Shown here piece after piece: positions 45,236 through 55,746 of a stretch of 64,000 nucleotides of DNA. How positions within the stretch are numbered: the stretch's first letter is position 1; each line of letters begins with the position of its first letter. A program made the translations under genes and the position numbers. The DNA is from a virus (Duplodnaviria; Caudoviricetes). The stretch is taken from IMG/VR virus record IMGVR_UViG_3300037418_002116. One strand, written 5' to 3'. The notes under the pieces are model-generated. The model made no database searches and was not told the DNA's origin. It worked only from the letters and a program-made list of their open reading frames with translations.

Positions 45236-45911
45236 CGTCCTCGCCTACATGTTTGGCTATTAATTTAGCATCTAAAGAAACTATGTTTTTCTTTCGAACA
45301 TAAATTACAGGACATTCGTTGGATAGAGCATTCTTTATTGTTTCTACAAACCAGTCTTCACGATCCGGTCTGCAAACCAGACACACCATGGAACTGTCGA
45401 ATGCAAATTTTGTTGCATCTTTAATCTCTACTGGAAATTCATAACTTTGATATGGCATAATATCGAGACAAGTTACGTCGAACCCGGCATCTGAAAGGGC
45501 CTTTCCTGTGGAGCCGTTACCAGCGCCGCAATCGATGACATGTTTGCCACCATGAAGTTTTTTCATTTTGTTTATGAATGTCTTATTCGGTCGAAAAAAT
45601 TGTTCGGAAGGGAGTAATTCCGGAACTGCTTTTAAAATTTCAGCGAATTGTTCATCGGTTAAAGTTCTCTCACTATAAGAAGCTACAATGTCACTTTCTC
45701 TGCTTTTCTTGTATGCGGCAATTACTTTCTCTGTCCATACAGTGTTATAAGCCTCTATAATTGCTTGTTTGACTTCTTCAATCACATAGTCATTTGGATT
45801 AGTGAGAACCCATTCATTGTTGTAAACATGGGCTGGCGGAATCTCGAATGTCAATCCGGGCAATTCAAGATGGAGAATCTTGAAGGTTCCTACGTATCTT
45901 ACGTTTCTCAC
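45207..45911 (-). CDS. Methyltransferase-domain protein
   Basis: VIDCGAGNG...VTCLDI. Confidence 0.7.
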   Translation of the reverse strand: MRNVRYVGTFKILHLELPGLTFEIPPAHVYNNEWVLTNPNDYVIEEVKQAIIEAYNTVWTEKVIAAYKKSRESDIVASYSERTLTDEQFAEILKAVPELLPSEQFFRPNKTFINKMKKLHGGKHVIDCGAGNGSTGKALSDAGFDVTCLDIMPYQSYEFPVEIKDATKFAFDSSMVCLVCRPDREDWFVETIKNALSNECPVIYVRKKNIVSLDAKLIAKHVGEDDEFMFSIKP

Positions 45912-46777
45912 GGTTCTACAAATCTCATACTCTGTACAAAATTGCTGTAGAAATAAAAGGTAGTCGTGGTGCCTCCACCACCGTGACCACCGCCACCACC
46001 CGTTGTTATAGATGTATAAGAAGTGTCAGTAGTAAAAGTTCCAGCAGCATCCATTGTATTCAATGCAATTTGTCTAGAATTGCCACCATATGTATTGTTT
46101 GTTTCTAGAATCCTAGTATTTGTTGGTCCTCCATGTGAAATTGAAGGAATACCAGAATCAGCTATACTCAATCCGCCTTTGATGAATACTAAATCATTTT
46201 GTGCTACTGATAGACTTGTTGTACTATGAGATGACGAAGTGCTTTGTCCACCAGCATAGAATGCATTAGATACACCACTCCATCTACCGGGAAGAACATA
46301 GACCATTTGTGAGTTCGTATCAGATGTGCTACTTGCTTTATTGAAGGTTGCAGCGACGGACGTTAAGTTTCCAAAGCCAATTGGCACTTGAAATTGAAGT
46401 AACTTGAAAGCAGTACCAACACCGGTCGTTTTGCTGTACAATAATGTTTCATCTGTTGCTGAATAAGCCCCACTATTAACGTTCACAACAGTAGTTCCGG
46501 GTGTGCTACCTTCATTCAAGACCAACAATGTGGTCCATCGACTCTGTAAACTGATTGCGGCTTGGGGATATGTTAAAGTGCCGGAAACAGACGTTGCGGT
46601 TGCAAAGGTAGAATCAAAAGCTTCATTAAACGGACCAACAGTTGTATTGGTTTCAAACCCCTGATTAACAGAAGTTTTAGAAATCATCGCATTTCTCGAT
46701 GAAATAGTTTTCAGTGCTGAAATTACATCAGATACACCAACTAGAACTACTGATGGAATAGACGCTGGAAAAAACAC
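45908..46777 (-). CDS. Ser/Thr/Gly-rich virion protein, probable fibre tip or adhesin
   Basis: Coupled to the tail-fibre gene; composition. Confidence 0.55.
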   Translation of the reverse strand: MFFPASIPSVVLVGVSDVISALKTISSRNAMISKTSVNQGFETNTTVGPFNEAFDSTFATATSVSGTLTYPQAAISLQSRWTTLLVLNEGSTPGTTVVNVNSGAYSATDETLLYSKTTGVGTAFKLLQFQVPIGFGNLTSVAATFNKASSTSDTNSQMVYVLPGRWSGVSNAFYAGGQSTSSSHSTTSLSVAQNDLVFIKGGLSIADSGIPSISHGGPTNTRILETNNTYGGNSRQIALNTMDAAGTFTTDTSYTSITTGGGGGHGGGGTTTTFYFYSNFVQSMRFVEP

Positions 46778-48105
46778 TATCCTAGAACTTTCTGAATGTG
46801 GCAGTGTTTAACACCACCAATAGACGTGATGAATAAGAAGAAAGCATTTCCCACTACTGTGTTAAGAGTATCGCCAGTAACTTTATTCCAACCGGAGAAA
46901 GTAATCGCTCCCGGTGCAGAGTTGTAAAAATACACAACCATGCTACCGTCATTTGATGGTGGAGCTATGGTAAATGTCCCACCATTTCTCATGAGAACAT
47001 AGTTGCCAGAAGCCATGTTTGGCGTCCAAGTGCCAGACGAAGTAGTGCCCAAATCTGGCGTTGTAGCCGTATACCCAACCGTGAAATTCTTTGTGACGTT
47101 GGATTTAACAGTAGCAGCATCATATCCTTGCACTGTAACGCCGATAGACCCTGCCAAACCCGCTGGTGTTACCGCTCTTACGGCATCTGTACCCGCCTGT
47201 GTTTCGGCAGTTGTCGCCAATTCAACGATACCGGATGCCGCAGTTGATGATGCCGCCACGGAAATTGTGGGAACACCCGAAACGCCGTCACCATTCGAAA
47301 CCGAAACCGGAGAAGTTCCTGTAATAGCTCTCTGAGTCCATGTGTCAGTACCTATACGAACCGGAAAGCCAGTGCCGCCAAGACCTTCCAAAGCAGCCAA
47401 GTCATTGGCCAATGTGATCGTTGGGTTTCCGGCAACACCGTCACCATTCGATACAGAAACACCAGCGCCGGAAACCGTCACGCTTCTTTGAGCCCACGTG
47501 TCGGCGGCTGTACGCACAGCGATACCGGTAGAAGTCAATGACTCAAGGGCATTCAAATCATTTGCGAGAGCTATTGTCGGATTGCCGGAAACACCGTTAC
47601 CATTACTGATAGACAAACCAGTAGAAGGGCCAGTGAGCGTTCTTTGAGCCCATGTGTCGGCGGCTGTACGAACGGCAATACCGGTAGAGGCCAGAGCTTC
47701 CAAAGCAGCCAAGTCATTGGCCAAGGCTATTGTCGGATTGCCAGAAACACCATCACCGTTACCGATGGTCAAACCAGCGGCGGGAGCCGTGAGTGTACGT
47801 GACGAGAAAGTTCCGTTACCGGTTCTGGCCACCAATCCGGTTCCGGAAAGTCCTGTGATACCCGTAATATTATTTGACGCCAGAGTGTTATTGATTGTAA
47901 CAATCTGTGTCTTAATGGTGTTAACATTGGAAGTTAGGGAAGCGACATTTGCAGTCAACGTTATGACGTTTGCAGTAACAGCAATTACATCAGAATTGAT
48001 CGATGTAATGTCGGTAACAATTCTATTAACATTGTTACCAAATTGTGTGAGCGTCACCGAAGATGTTGGGCGAACGTCCATAATAGTTGCTGTTATTACT
48101 GTCAT
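46777..48105 (-). CDS. Tail fibre protein with roughly 52-aa internal repeats
   Basis: N-terminal coiled coil; NGDGVSGNPTIALANDLAALE repeated; gp12/gp34-like ATTAETQAG..RAVTP. Confidence 0.8.
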   Translation of the reverse strand: MTVITATIMDVRPTSSVTLTQFGNNVNRIVTDITSINSDVIAVTANVITLTANVASLTSNVNTIKTQIVTINNTLASNNITGITGLSGTGLVARTGNGTFSSRTLTAPAAGLTIGNGDGVSGNPTIALANDLAALEALASTGIAVRTAADTWAQRTLTGPSTGLSISNGNGVSGNPTIALANDLNALESLTSTGIAVRTAADTWAQRSVTVSGAGVSVSNGDGVAGNPTITLANDLAALEGLGGTGFPVRIGTDTWTQRAITGTSPVSVSNGDGVSGVPTISVAASSTAASGIVELATTAETQAGTDAVRAVTPAGLAGSIGVTVQGYDAATVKSNVTKNFTVGYTATTPDLGTTSSGTWTPNMASGNYVLMRNGGTFTIAPPSNDGSMVVYFYNSAPGAITFSGWNKVTGDTLNTVVGNAFFLFITSIGGVKHCHIQKVLG

Positions 48106-48305
48106 TTATTTTCCAAAGCTCTTAATCTAGTTTCAAGGTCACTCACCATTTTTTCGAGTATGGCAATCCGCTTTTCCATGACAGGGAGATTTTTTGCCGT
48201 CTGTCTTCTTTTGCGGTAAGCTTCCAAAGATTTATTGTCTTTATTTATTAGAGCCCCGGTATCCTCATTTCTGAAAATACCGGGAACTTCGGTTCGTGCA
48301 TCCAT
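48102..48305 (-). CDS. Small conserved T4-like hypothetical protein
   Basis: R...TGALIN.D...EAYRKRR plus coiled coil. Confidence 0.7.
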   Translation of the reverse strand: MDARTEVPGIFRNEDTGALINKDNKSLEAYRKRRQTAKNLPVMEKRIAILEKMVSDLETRLRALENK

Positions 48306-48309
48306 ATTT

Positions 48310-51300
48310 TTACATCTGTAGAGCTATCAAACGAAGGTCTGCCACTCTTGGAACCATGGCCGAATCCGTTGATGTTAGAACAATTTTTATCGAGAATTGT
48401 TTGAAACCAGAGAATGCAACGCCGTTCGAATTTGTATACTGAACAGCACCGAATAGACCGGTCATAATTGTATCAGAGAAACCAAATTCGTATTCAATCC
48501 AATCGTTCTGATTAGAGATAGAAGAGAATACAGTGTCAGATGTTTCCAATTGAATCCATGGATGACTTTCAAAGGTATCCGAGTCTTCGTTATTCGCAAT
48601 TTTTGCATAGACCAAAACGTCTGTATTTGGTGGACGGTAAGCAGTCAGATATACTTTCAAATCTTCTGCATCTTGACCTTCGGCCAAAGTGATAGTTTTG
48701 CAAATATATTTGTTCTGTGCTGCACCACCGGATGCCGCAGTTTCATTAGCCGTATTGGCATTTACAACGTTATGAACAAAGACGCCATGTGTTCTGTTCA
48801 AATCGATCACTGGCGACACATAAGGAGTGCTTGAAACAATCGAGGCTACAGCCTGATTAGAACGGGCGCTCGAAATCAAATCAACTTCCTTCGAACGACC
48901 AAGCAAATTCTTTTCAGAAGTAAAGAAATTATTGTCGTCTGGAATTACGGCAATTGAAGTCGAATCCAACGAATTGGTATTCGATGTTCCTTTCATGGTC
49001 CAGCCAAGAGACGTGTTCTGGAAAGTCAAATAGTTTGGTTCGAAGTCCACAACAGAGTACTTGATTGGAATTTTTGAACCAATTGTGCCACGATCACCAG
49101 AGGCAGAACCAATGATGATTTCGCCGTCTTCCCAATAACCAGTAGTGTCACGCAATTCGAGATGTGTCAAAGTTGCATTCACGGCACGATAGCTGTACAA
49201 TGAGCCGCTTGGGTATGTTACGGTTGCGAGAGTGGCTGTTCCTCTTGTGGTTCCTGTGTTTGATTTGATTGTCAGTGTTTCGCCGGATGTATAGTTCATA
49301 ATGGAGTTAGCTGACAAACGATAGGTTCCGCCAGAGATAGCAACAACTTGGCTGTTTGCGTGAGAAGTAGCGCCAACAAGACGGTTTCCAACTGCGATAG
49401 CGGCAGTGTTACCCGAGATTGTGATTCTGTTCTGACCTCTAACGATTTCACCGAACTTGTCGAAATCCGAAGTAACGGAAGACATGATGAATTTTTCGAA
49501 TGGCTTGTTACCAAAGTTGGCTGTACCAGTCGAGTTTGTGGTGAAGTCGGCACGATAGAAGGTGATCTTCAAATCGGCATTTGGAACTGGAGTCCAATCC
49601 ATATTGTTGTTTGTGTCGAACAACGTTCCTGTATATTTTCTGCTTACAACATTTTGACCAGTTGTAACGTCAGCTTCACCAAGCTTCGTAATCCAGACAT
49701 AAGTATCTGGATTTGTAGCAGTTGGGTGAATAACCAAAGCGTATTCGACGTTGTTGTACAAGAAAATTGGGCATTGGAAATAAATTCTTGTCGCCACTGT
49801 AGCGTCATCAGAAATTTGAATCTGACTTGGTTCTAGAGCAACAACAGAATATGGAACTGTATTTCTAGTAATGTTACCAGAATTATCCACTTCACGAACT
49901 TCAAACCATGCACCAAAGCTTGCATTTTTAGCTTCAAAATACAAATCGAAGCTTGTGAGGAATATACCTTCTTCTGTTGTAGGAGCATTGATAAAGAATG
50001 TATATGCCATACAGTCACTACGACTTCCACCATTGCCACCACGGCCTGTCGTGGTTGTTGACGTTGTGGGGTTTCTGATTGGGTTAATGATTGTAACATT
50101 ACCCTGTACGCCACCAGTCTGTGACACATCATCCTGTGAGGTTACAACCACATTGGTTGAAAGGATTGTGTCTTGCTTTTGTTGAATCAAGCCCGAGGCA
50201 GTGAAATATGCCAATGCATATGTCGTTGAATCATCTTCATTTGTTGGGCTATCCGACACACGAATTTTCTTCGTTCCGGTACGGAATCGCTTGCCAGAAT
50301 CAGGGAAACGAAGCAATGCGTAAGCTTTGCCGTCCGTGCCTGAAATCCAGTTTGCACCTTCGACACCAGTTGTAGAATAAGAACTGTTCGCTGGCGTCGT
50401 ATAGTCCGACATCAATTCATCATCGACATAAACCCATAGACGAGTGTTTGGCTTAATGTCACGTGCCGACAAGAGAACTGTCTGTGGACGAATGTATGGA
50501 ATGATCGAAACGTCAACAACCTTGTTTCCAAGATTCTCTGTTGTCGAAACAACGCTTGACGTTGTGGTCGTTCCCGAGCGTGTCTGCGAACCAAACTGTT
50601 CAATCTTTGTTGATTGACCGGTTCTGTTGCTTGTTGTCTGTGCAGCCGATAAAGCAGCGGCTTCCGTGGTATACGTACCAATCAGAGCGCCAGTGCTGTT
50701 GTTGTAAACTTTATAGCCTGTGATCGTTGTCTGCCAAGAATCCCATGTTGTTTGCAACGGAGGAACGCTTGTCGGTGTAGAATCACCAACCATCGTGTCG
50801 GGCAACTGAACAGTATCAACCCAAACGTCGGAGTCTGGAGTCAATGTCAACAAACCAATGAAGTTGTAGACGGCGTTTGTCGAGTTTCTTGTAGTTGTGG
50901 CGTATGGTTGTTCGATGAACGAAACTTCCGTGTATGGAAGAGTGATCAAGTTGTTCGATTGCTGAACACCAGAACCCGAAACATATTGATATCCAACCGA
51001 GTCCATATCGAATTGTGGACGGATACTCTGTTCCTTCGGATCGACAACGATTGAGTAATCAGGATTTGTGATCGCACCCTGTGAGTGATCACGGAATGTA
51101 TCAACGAAAATACCGTTTTTGAAGCGATCAAGGCCATTTTCGTCAAGGATAGACAAATCCGAAGCTTGCTTTTCAAGCAAATTCAACTGATTATAGTATT
51201 CCAGATTTGAAATACGTTCATCCAAAACGCCAATATCACGTTTTGTGTAGTTTCTGTATGCCGTTTTCTTGACTGTGCAAGCCAAATCTTGGCGATTTGA

Positions 51301-54150
51301 CTCGATGGCATAGGCAGGCGACAATGACGGGTATGGAGCGATTGTCAATGTGGCCAAAGCCATGGCATTTGGAGGCGTTGTTGGCGTGATCGGAACCGTG
51401 GCTGGCTGACCTTCCACAATAGAAATATTTCCAGCGGAATCCATAATCACCAAGTCCTTACGAGACATGTAATACGAATAATCGTATGTTACCTGTCCGC
51501 TTGGCGAAGGAAGATGTAGACCACCAGATGGTGCCGTGAAGCTTGTTGTCTTGGCCGGGTTGGCTGTAGCGCCCGCAACAGTCGTTGAACTGGTAGCAGT
51601 AGCCGCCTTCACAGGACGGAAATCAAGACTGTTGCGAAGATCATAACGGATACCGGTCGTTGGCGACACATAGACCGGAATCTGTTGTGTCAAGATCGAC
51701 GTATCCGAAATTGTAGCGTCGTTGATTGGGTATGAATCTACAGAGAAATAACCCAAGCCTTGTGTAAATGACGGTTCGAAGTGGTCGAGGCAAACCAATA
51801 GGTAATCACCCGAGGCGATAGGCGTAATCGGTGTGATCGTTGCATGATCATAAAGATTATCACGCTGGCCATTGTCGAAGATGAAATTGCTTGTTACGTC
51901 TGTACCGTCTGTAGAGGCAGTGAAAGCTGAACTTTTTGTTCGAACCGAACGAATTTGATACACGTCGGCAATACCCAAATTGAATGGGCCGGTTGTGCCG
52001 GAAGTAGCTCCATCGATCTTCACATAACGAGATGGACGAAGAAGCTTCGCCGTTTCACGTGCCGTTGTCTTTGTCAAGCGCAATGTCGCCGTAGCAGCGG
52101 TTGTGGCCGACAAGGTTTCTTTCATGTCGAATGATGCGCTTGTTGACGAATTGATCGTGATCGTTCTATCTGTTCCGGCGTCCGCACCCTTCCCTGTGAA
52201 ATCAACAATATCACCGATTTTGTATTGTTTAGTGAAAGTTTGTCCGGTAACTGTCGAAGGAATTGCCACAGTGGTTTTTAGAACTGTGTCAGAGACGATT
52301 TGATCGATAAAAAATGTGCCAGTAACAGTCGAAATCGAAATTTTATCACCAACATTCAAACGGGTGAAGAATGTCGATGTTCCATTGATGGTTGTATTTG
52401 AGTGAGTGGCAACTGTACCGCCCATGGTTTTGGTAGCAGCGGCGTCAAGAGAGATGATAATCTCTTCCTTATCGTCATCTACAAGGCCACCAACACCATA
52501 TGGGAAAATTTCATCCACGGCACCAGTGTTGATGGTGAATGTACCGCCAGAGGCGATAGAAATTGGGAATGATTTAGTGAAAGAGTAAGAGGTATCAACA
52601 TTACCTCCCGAATCTCTTATGGCCTTAACCGCACCAGCGCCAATATCATAGATTGAGGCGTCAAGGGATGTTTCCAACAAAGTGGCTGTATTCGAGATAG
52701 GATCAAGAACAACGTCCGCTCCAAGGTCCGCTGTTGAAGCGTTATTCAAATACAGGCTTCGAACAGAAGAGAAGGCACCATTCGACATCTTAACGTCGAA
52801 CAAATACACATTGTACTGTGCAGAAGGAGTTCCGGCTACACCGGAATGGAGTTCAATACCACGAACTTTCGCATTACCGATAGCCGCACCAGTCTGTGCC
52901 GCTGTAGAGAAACCAAGGTTCGTCAAACGTGCCTGTGCAGTGTTGTAAAGCCAGACAACCGAAGCACTGTTCATGTCCCATGAACCACAAAGTTCCTTCA
53001 CACGCAAATAATTGCCCATGCGAGTGCGTGAAACTTGGTTGTTGATGTTCTGTGCATCGATGGCCTTACGAACGTCTGTGTACTTTGTCACCAAAGTTTC
53101 GACATCGTAACCCTTGACATATGCCAAGCCGGGCTCAACACCAGCAACCAACAACGAAGTATTACCAGTTGTTGTGTATAGACCCTGATTTGTGCCATTA
53201 TCTTTGTGTTCACGAATACGAACGTTCAAACCAGTAGCATAGAAGTCACCACAATCAGCGTCGGTTCTTCTAGCTAATTCATCACGAATAGCTGAATATT
53301 GTGTTCTTTCATATGTGACTTCCAAAATGCCGTCACGAATACGGAAAAGTTCAACAAAATTTGGTGGACCAGAAACATCGTCAAGGTCGGTCTTGGCCAA
53401 CACAGCTTCAAGTTTGAATCGATCAGCACCCGGAGCGGCATAGTTATATGCGCCTAGAGCCGGATCATTTAGAGTTGGGTCGTCTTGTGCGGTGACAATC
53501 GATTCTAGAACATTGAAACCGATACGTGCAGATGGAGTTTGTGTGTATCGATCAAGAATGATCGTCTGTTTCACAAATGTAATGAAGTGATCTTTTGAGA
53601 ATACAATACCGTCATCAATGGTAAAAGTTGCGCCTTTACCTGTGGCAGAGGTTGCAAAAACAACTGCATTACCGGCACTAGACGTTAGAATTTCACCATC
53701 GGCAAAAACCTTGGTCACATTATCTGTGCCCGATGAAGTATAACGGACAAAAAGAGTTTTCTTGTCGGTTGCCGCCTGTGATCCATCCGCAACAGAGACA
53801 ACAAAAGCCTTGACACCAGTCGTCGCACCAGTCATGGTTGCGCCAACAAGGTTATTGACCACCACGGCACCGCCACCAGATGTGGTATCGTTGATTTTTA
53901 CGTAATCAATATCGGTATCGATGTGGAATTGACCACCAGCTACCAAAGAACCTTCTTTGAAAATATGCTCTGCAAATCTATCGATCTGCTTTTGAAGCAT
54001 AGTTTGAAGCTGAGTCAATTCACGGGCTTGAACAGCAACCGATGGCTTGAAAACAATACGATAAAAACCCTTGGTCTGATCGTAGTCATCGTACCAAGGG
54101 TTTACATTGAAGTCAGTATTATAGGAAAAACTGATAGTATTAGATGCCAT
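48310..54150 (-). CDS. Large structural protein (DUF4815 / VrlC-like)
   Basis: NVNPWYDDYD..KGFYRIVFKP..AVQARELTQLQT, RFKNGIFVDTF; TATAAATA at 54181-54188. Confidence 0.88.
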   Translation of the reverse strand: MASNTISFSYNTDFNVNPWYDDYDQTKGFYRIVFKPSVAVQARELTQLQTMLQKQIDRFAEHIFKEGSLVAGGQFHIDTDIDYVKINDTTSGGGAVVVNNLVGATMTGATTGVKAFVVSVADGSQAATDKKTLFVRYTSSGTDNVTKVFADGEILTSSAGNAVVFATSATGKGATFTIDDGIVFSKDHFITFVKQTIILDRYTQTPSARIGFNVLESIVTAQDDPTLNDPALGAYNYAAPGADRFKLEAVLAKTDLDDVSGPPNFVELFRIRDGILEVTYERTQYSAIRDELARRTDADCGDFYATGLNVRIREHKDNGTNQGLYTTTGNTSLLVAGVEPGLAYVKGYDVETLVTKYTDVRKAIDAQNINNQVSRTRMGNYLRVKELCGSWDMNSASVVWLYNTAQARLTNLGFSTAAQTGAAIGNAKVRGIELHSGVAGTPSAQYNVYLFDVKMSNGAFSSVRSLYLNNASTADLGADVVLDPISNTATLLETSLDASIYDIGAGAVKAIRDSGGNVDTSYSFTKSFPISIASGGTFTINTGAVDEIFPYGVGGLVDDDKEEIIISLDAAATKTMGGTVATHSNTTINGTSTFFTRLNVGDKISISTVTGTFFIDQIVSDTVLKTTVAIPSTVTGQTFTKQYKIGDIVDFTGKGADAGTDRTITINSSTSASFDMKETLSATTAATATLRLTKTTARETAKLLRPSRYVKIDGATSGTTGPFNLGIADVYQIRSVRTKSSAFTASTDGTDVTSNFIFDNGQRDNLYDHATITPITPIASGDYLLVCLDHFEPSFTQGLGYFSVDSYPINDATISDTSILTQQIPVYVSPTTGIRYDLRNSLDFRPVKAATATSSTTVAGATANPAKTTSFTAPSGGLHLPSPSGQVTYDYSYYMSRKDLVIMDSAGNISIVEGQPATVPITPTTPPNAMALATLTIAPYPSLSPAYAIESNRQDLACTVKKTAYRNYTKRDIGVLDERISNLEYYNQLNLLEKQASDLSILDENGLDRFKNGIFVDTFRDHSQGAITNPDYSIVVDPKEQSIRPQFDMDSVGYQYVSGSGVQQSNNLITLPYTEVSFIEQPYATTTRNSTNAVYNFIGLLTLTPDSDVWVDTVQLPDTMVGDSTPTSVPPLQTTWDSWQTTITGYKVYNNSTGALIGTYTTEAAALSAAQTTSNRTGQSTKIEQFGSQTRSGTTTTSSVVSTTENLGNKVVDVSIIPYIRPQTVLLSARDIKPNTRLWVYVDDELMSDYTTPANSSYSTTGVEGANWISGTDGKAYALLRFPDSGKRFRTGTKKIRVSDSPTNEDDSTTYALAYFTASGLIQQKQDTILSTNVVVTSQDDVSQTGGVQGNVTIINPIRNPTTSTTTTGRGGNGGSRSDCMAYTFFINAPTTEEGIFLTSFDLYFEAKNASFGAWFEVREVDNSGNITRNTVPYSVVALEPSQIQISDDATVATRIYFQCPIFLYNNVEYALVIHPTATNPDTYVWITKLGEADVTTGQNVVSRKYTGTLFDTNNNMDWTPVPNADLKITFYRADFTTNSTGTANFGNKPFEKFIMSSVTSDFDKFGEIVRGQNRITISGNTAAIAVGNRLVGATSHANSQVVAISGGTYRLSANSIMNYTSGETLTIKSNTGTTRGTATLATVTYPSGSLYSYRAVNATLTHLELRDTTGYWEDGEIIIGSASGDRGTIGSKIPIKYSVVDFEPNYLTFQNTSLGWTMKGTSNTNSLDSTSIAVIPDDNNFFTSEKNLLGRSKEVDLISSARSNQAVASIVSSTPYVSPVIDLNRTHGVFVHNVVNANTANETAASGGAAQNKYICKTITLAEGQDAEDLKVYLTAYRPPNTDVLVYAKIANNEDSDTFESHPWIQLETSDTVFSSISNQNDWIEYEFGFSDTIMTGLFGAVQYTNSNGVAFSGFKQFSIKIVLTSTDSAMVPRVADLRLIALQM

Positions 54151-54195
54151 CTTTGTCTTTAATTATGAGGGAATATCAATTATTTATAAGAGATA

Positions 54196-55704
54196 TTACA
54201 GATTGATTACGAGACGGAAGTTTTCTTCCTGATTAACAGAACGAACAATCGGTGATCTATTTTCGACATATAGAAGCGAACCGGAGTACTTCTTTAGCGG
54301 TGAAGCTACGATTGAAGATACTGTTGCGGTTGCTGCCGATGTTCCACCTGTGATCGTTTCCGAAGTCGTGAATGAACCAACCACACTTGTTACAATAATT
54401 GAAGTTGTGTTGGCTTTTTCAACGAACACGCCGGTTGCGCCAGATGTTCCACCTGTGATGGTTTCATCTGGTAGGAAGGAACCCGATTGAGAAGTGAGAG
54501 TGAGCTTTGGAGCAACAAGATATGATGTGTCCGTGGCAATCGAATTGTTCGCCAGCAATGGATTTGCAAGTACCCCGATGACACGGAAATCGTTATTCGA
54601 GAAGAATTTTCCAGCTTCGTCACCCGAAAATTGCACGAACATCATGACATTGTAGCCGTTCAATTCATAGACAGCATTCGATCCGTGACCGCCGTTAGGC
54701 GACAATTGGGCAACGACGCTTGCACCAGAGCCCGTGTTGGCCGTTACAGCCAAGGTTGCTCTTCTGTAACCAGACCCTTCATTGATCACTTCGACTGTCG
54801 AAATAGTACCGTTCGAAACGGTTGAGTAAGCCGAGAATCCGGTTCCATCGCCAGATGTTACGGAGATAGTTGGGGAAACCAAATAGGCTGAACCACCGTT
54901 CGGCGCAATCGAGAATGCAGGCGATACCGTGGCAATCTTGGAAGCACCGGAATAATTGGTGATCACACGCTTCTGACCAGCACCCGTGCCGGACGTAATG
55001 TAGATCGATGAACCAACATAGATGCCACCAGTTGAGTTGGCAGACGATGCGAGAGTGACTTTTGTCGTATTGGAGGTTGTGACTGTGCCCGAATTGGTCT
55101 TGTAGTTGGAACCAACCGCAGCGACACGAACGGTTGAAATTGAACCATCAACGGCAGCGGATTGAACATCCCATTGGAAAGAGCCGTCATCCGCTGTAAG
55201 TTTTTTCAATGGCACGAATGTTGTTGTCACGTACTTAACGGCGTCCGGAGCGGACACTTCACCCATAAATTTCCACTTATAACCGTCACCGGTAGAGAAA
55301 ACGGAAGTCAAACGACCGGAAGGCTTAACTGTTGACGCCGCACCCTTATTATTGTACATGCATTTATACAGGTTATATTCATCCGTCAGGACGAAGAACT
55401 GACTATCTTGAAACTGTGTATCTGTATTATATTCTGTGTAGACTTGGCCACTTGTCCAATTGTATCTTGGGCCTGCAAACGTAACATCTCCCGCCGCAAC
55501 TTTCTTTGCAGAGATGATGTTGTCCCAAATCTGATATTCAGAGGCATTTACCGAGTCTACTGGTGTGGGAGGATTGTTATCGTCGGTCCAAGGCTTTGGA
55601 CGCCCGATAAACACATAGAGATTTTCAAAAGCGGCTTCATCGAAAAGCTCTTTGAATTGTTCCGCTGCAAAAAGACGAAATCTCTTGGTAATAGTTCCTG
55701 TCAT
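54196..55704 (-). CDS. gp8: Baseplate wedge subunit
   Basis: LYVFIGRPKPW, YNLYKC..N, DGYKWKFM, GSLLYVENR; TATAAATA at 55730-55737. Confidence 0.9.
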   Translation of the reverse strand: MTGTITKRFRLFAAEQFKELFDEAAFENLYVFIGRPKPWTDDNNPPTPVDSVNASEYQIWDNIISAKKVAAGDVTFAGPRYNWTSGQVYTEYNTDTQFQDSQFFVLTDEYNLYKCMYNNKGAASTVKPSGRLTSVFSTGDGYKWKFMGEVSAPDAVKYVTTTFVPLKKLTADDGSFQWDVQSAAVDGSISTVRVAAVGSNYKTNSGTVTTSNTTKVTLASSANSTGGIYVGSSIYITSGTGAGQKRVITNYSGASKIATVSPAFSIAPNGGSAYLVSPTISVTSGDGTGFSAYSTVSNGTISTVEVINEGSGYRRATLAVTANTGSGASVVAQLSPNGGHGSNAVYELNGYNVMMFVQFSGDEAGKFFSNNDFRVIGVLANPLLANNSIATDTSYLVAPKLTLTSQSGSFLPDETITGGTSGATGVFVEKANTTSIIVTSVVGSFTTSETITGGTSAATATVSSIVASPLKKYSGSLLYVENRSPIVRSVNQEENFRLVINL

Positions 55705-55746
55705 GGTTTATCCTGTAATGATTTAAATATATTTATAATCAAATTC

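Noticed and set aside
35101-48105. CRISPR array or diversity-generating retroelement behind the repeats
   Set aside because: The repeats are in-frame, degenerate protein repeats with no spacers. No reverse transcriptase or TR/VR pair with adenine-specific differences was seen.
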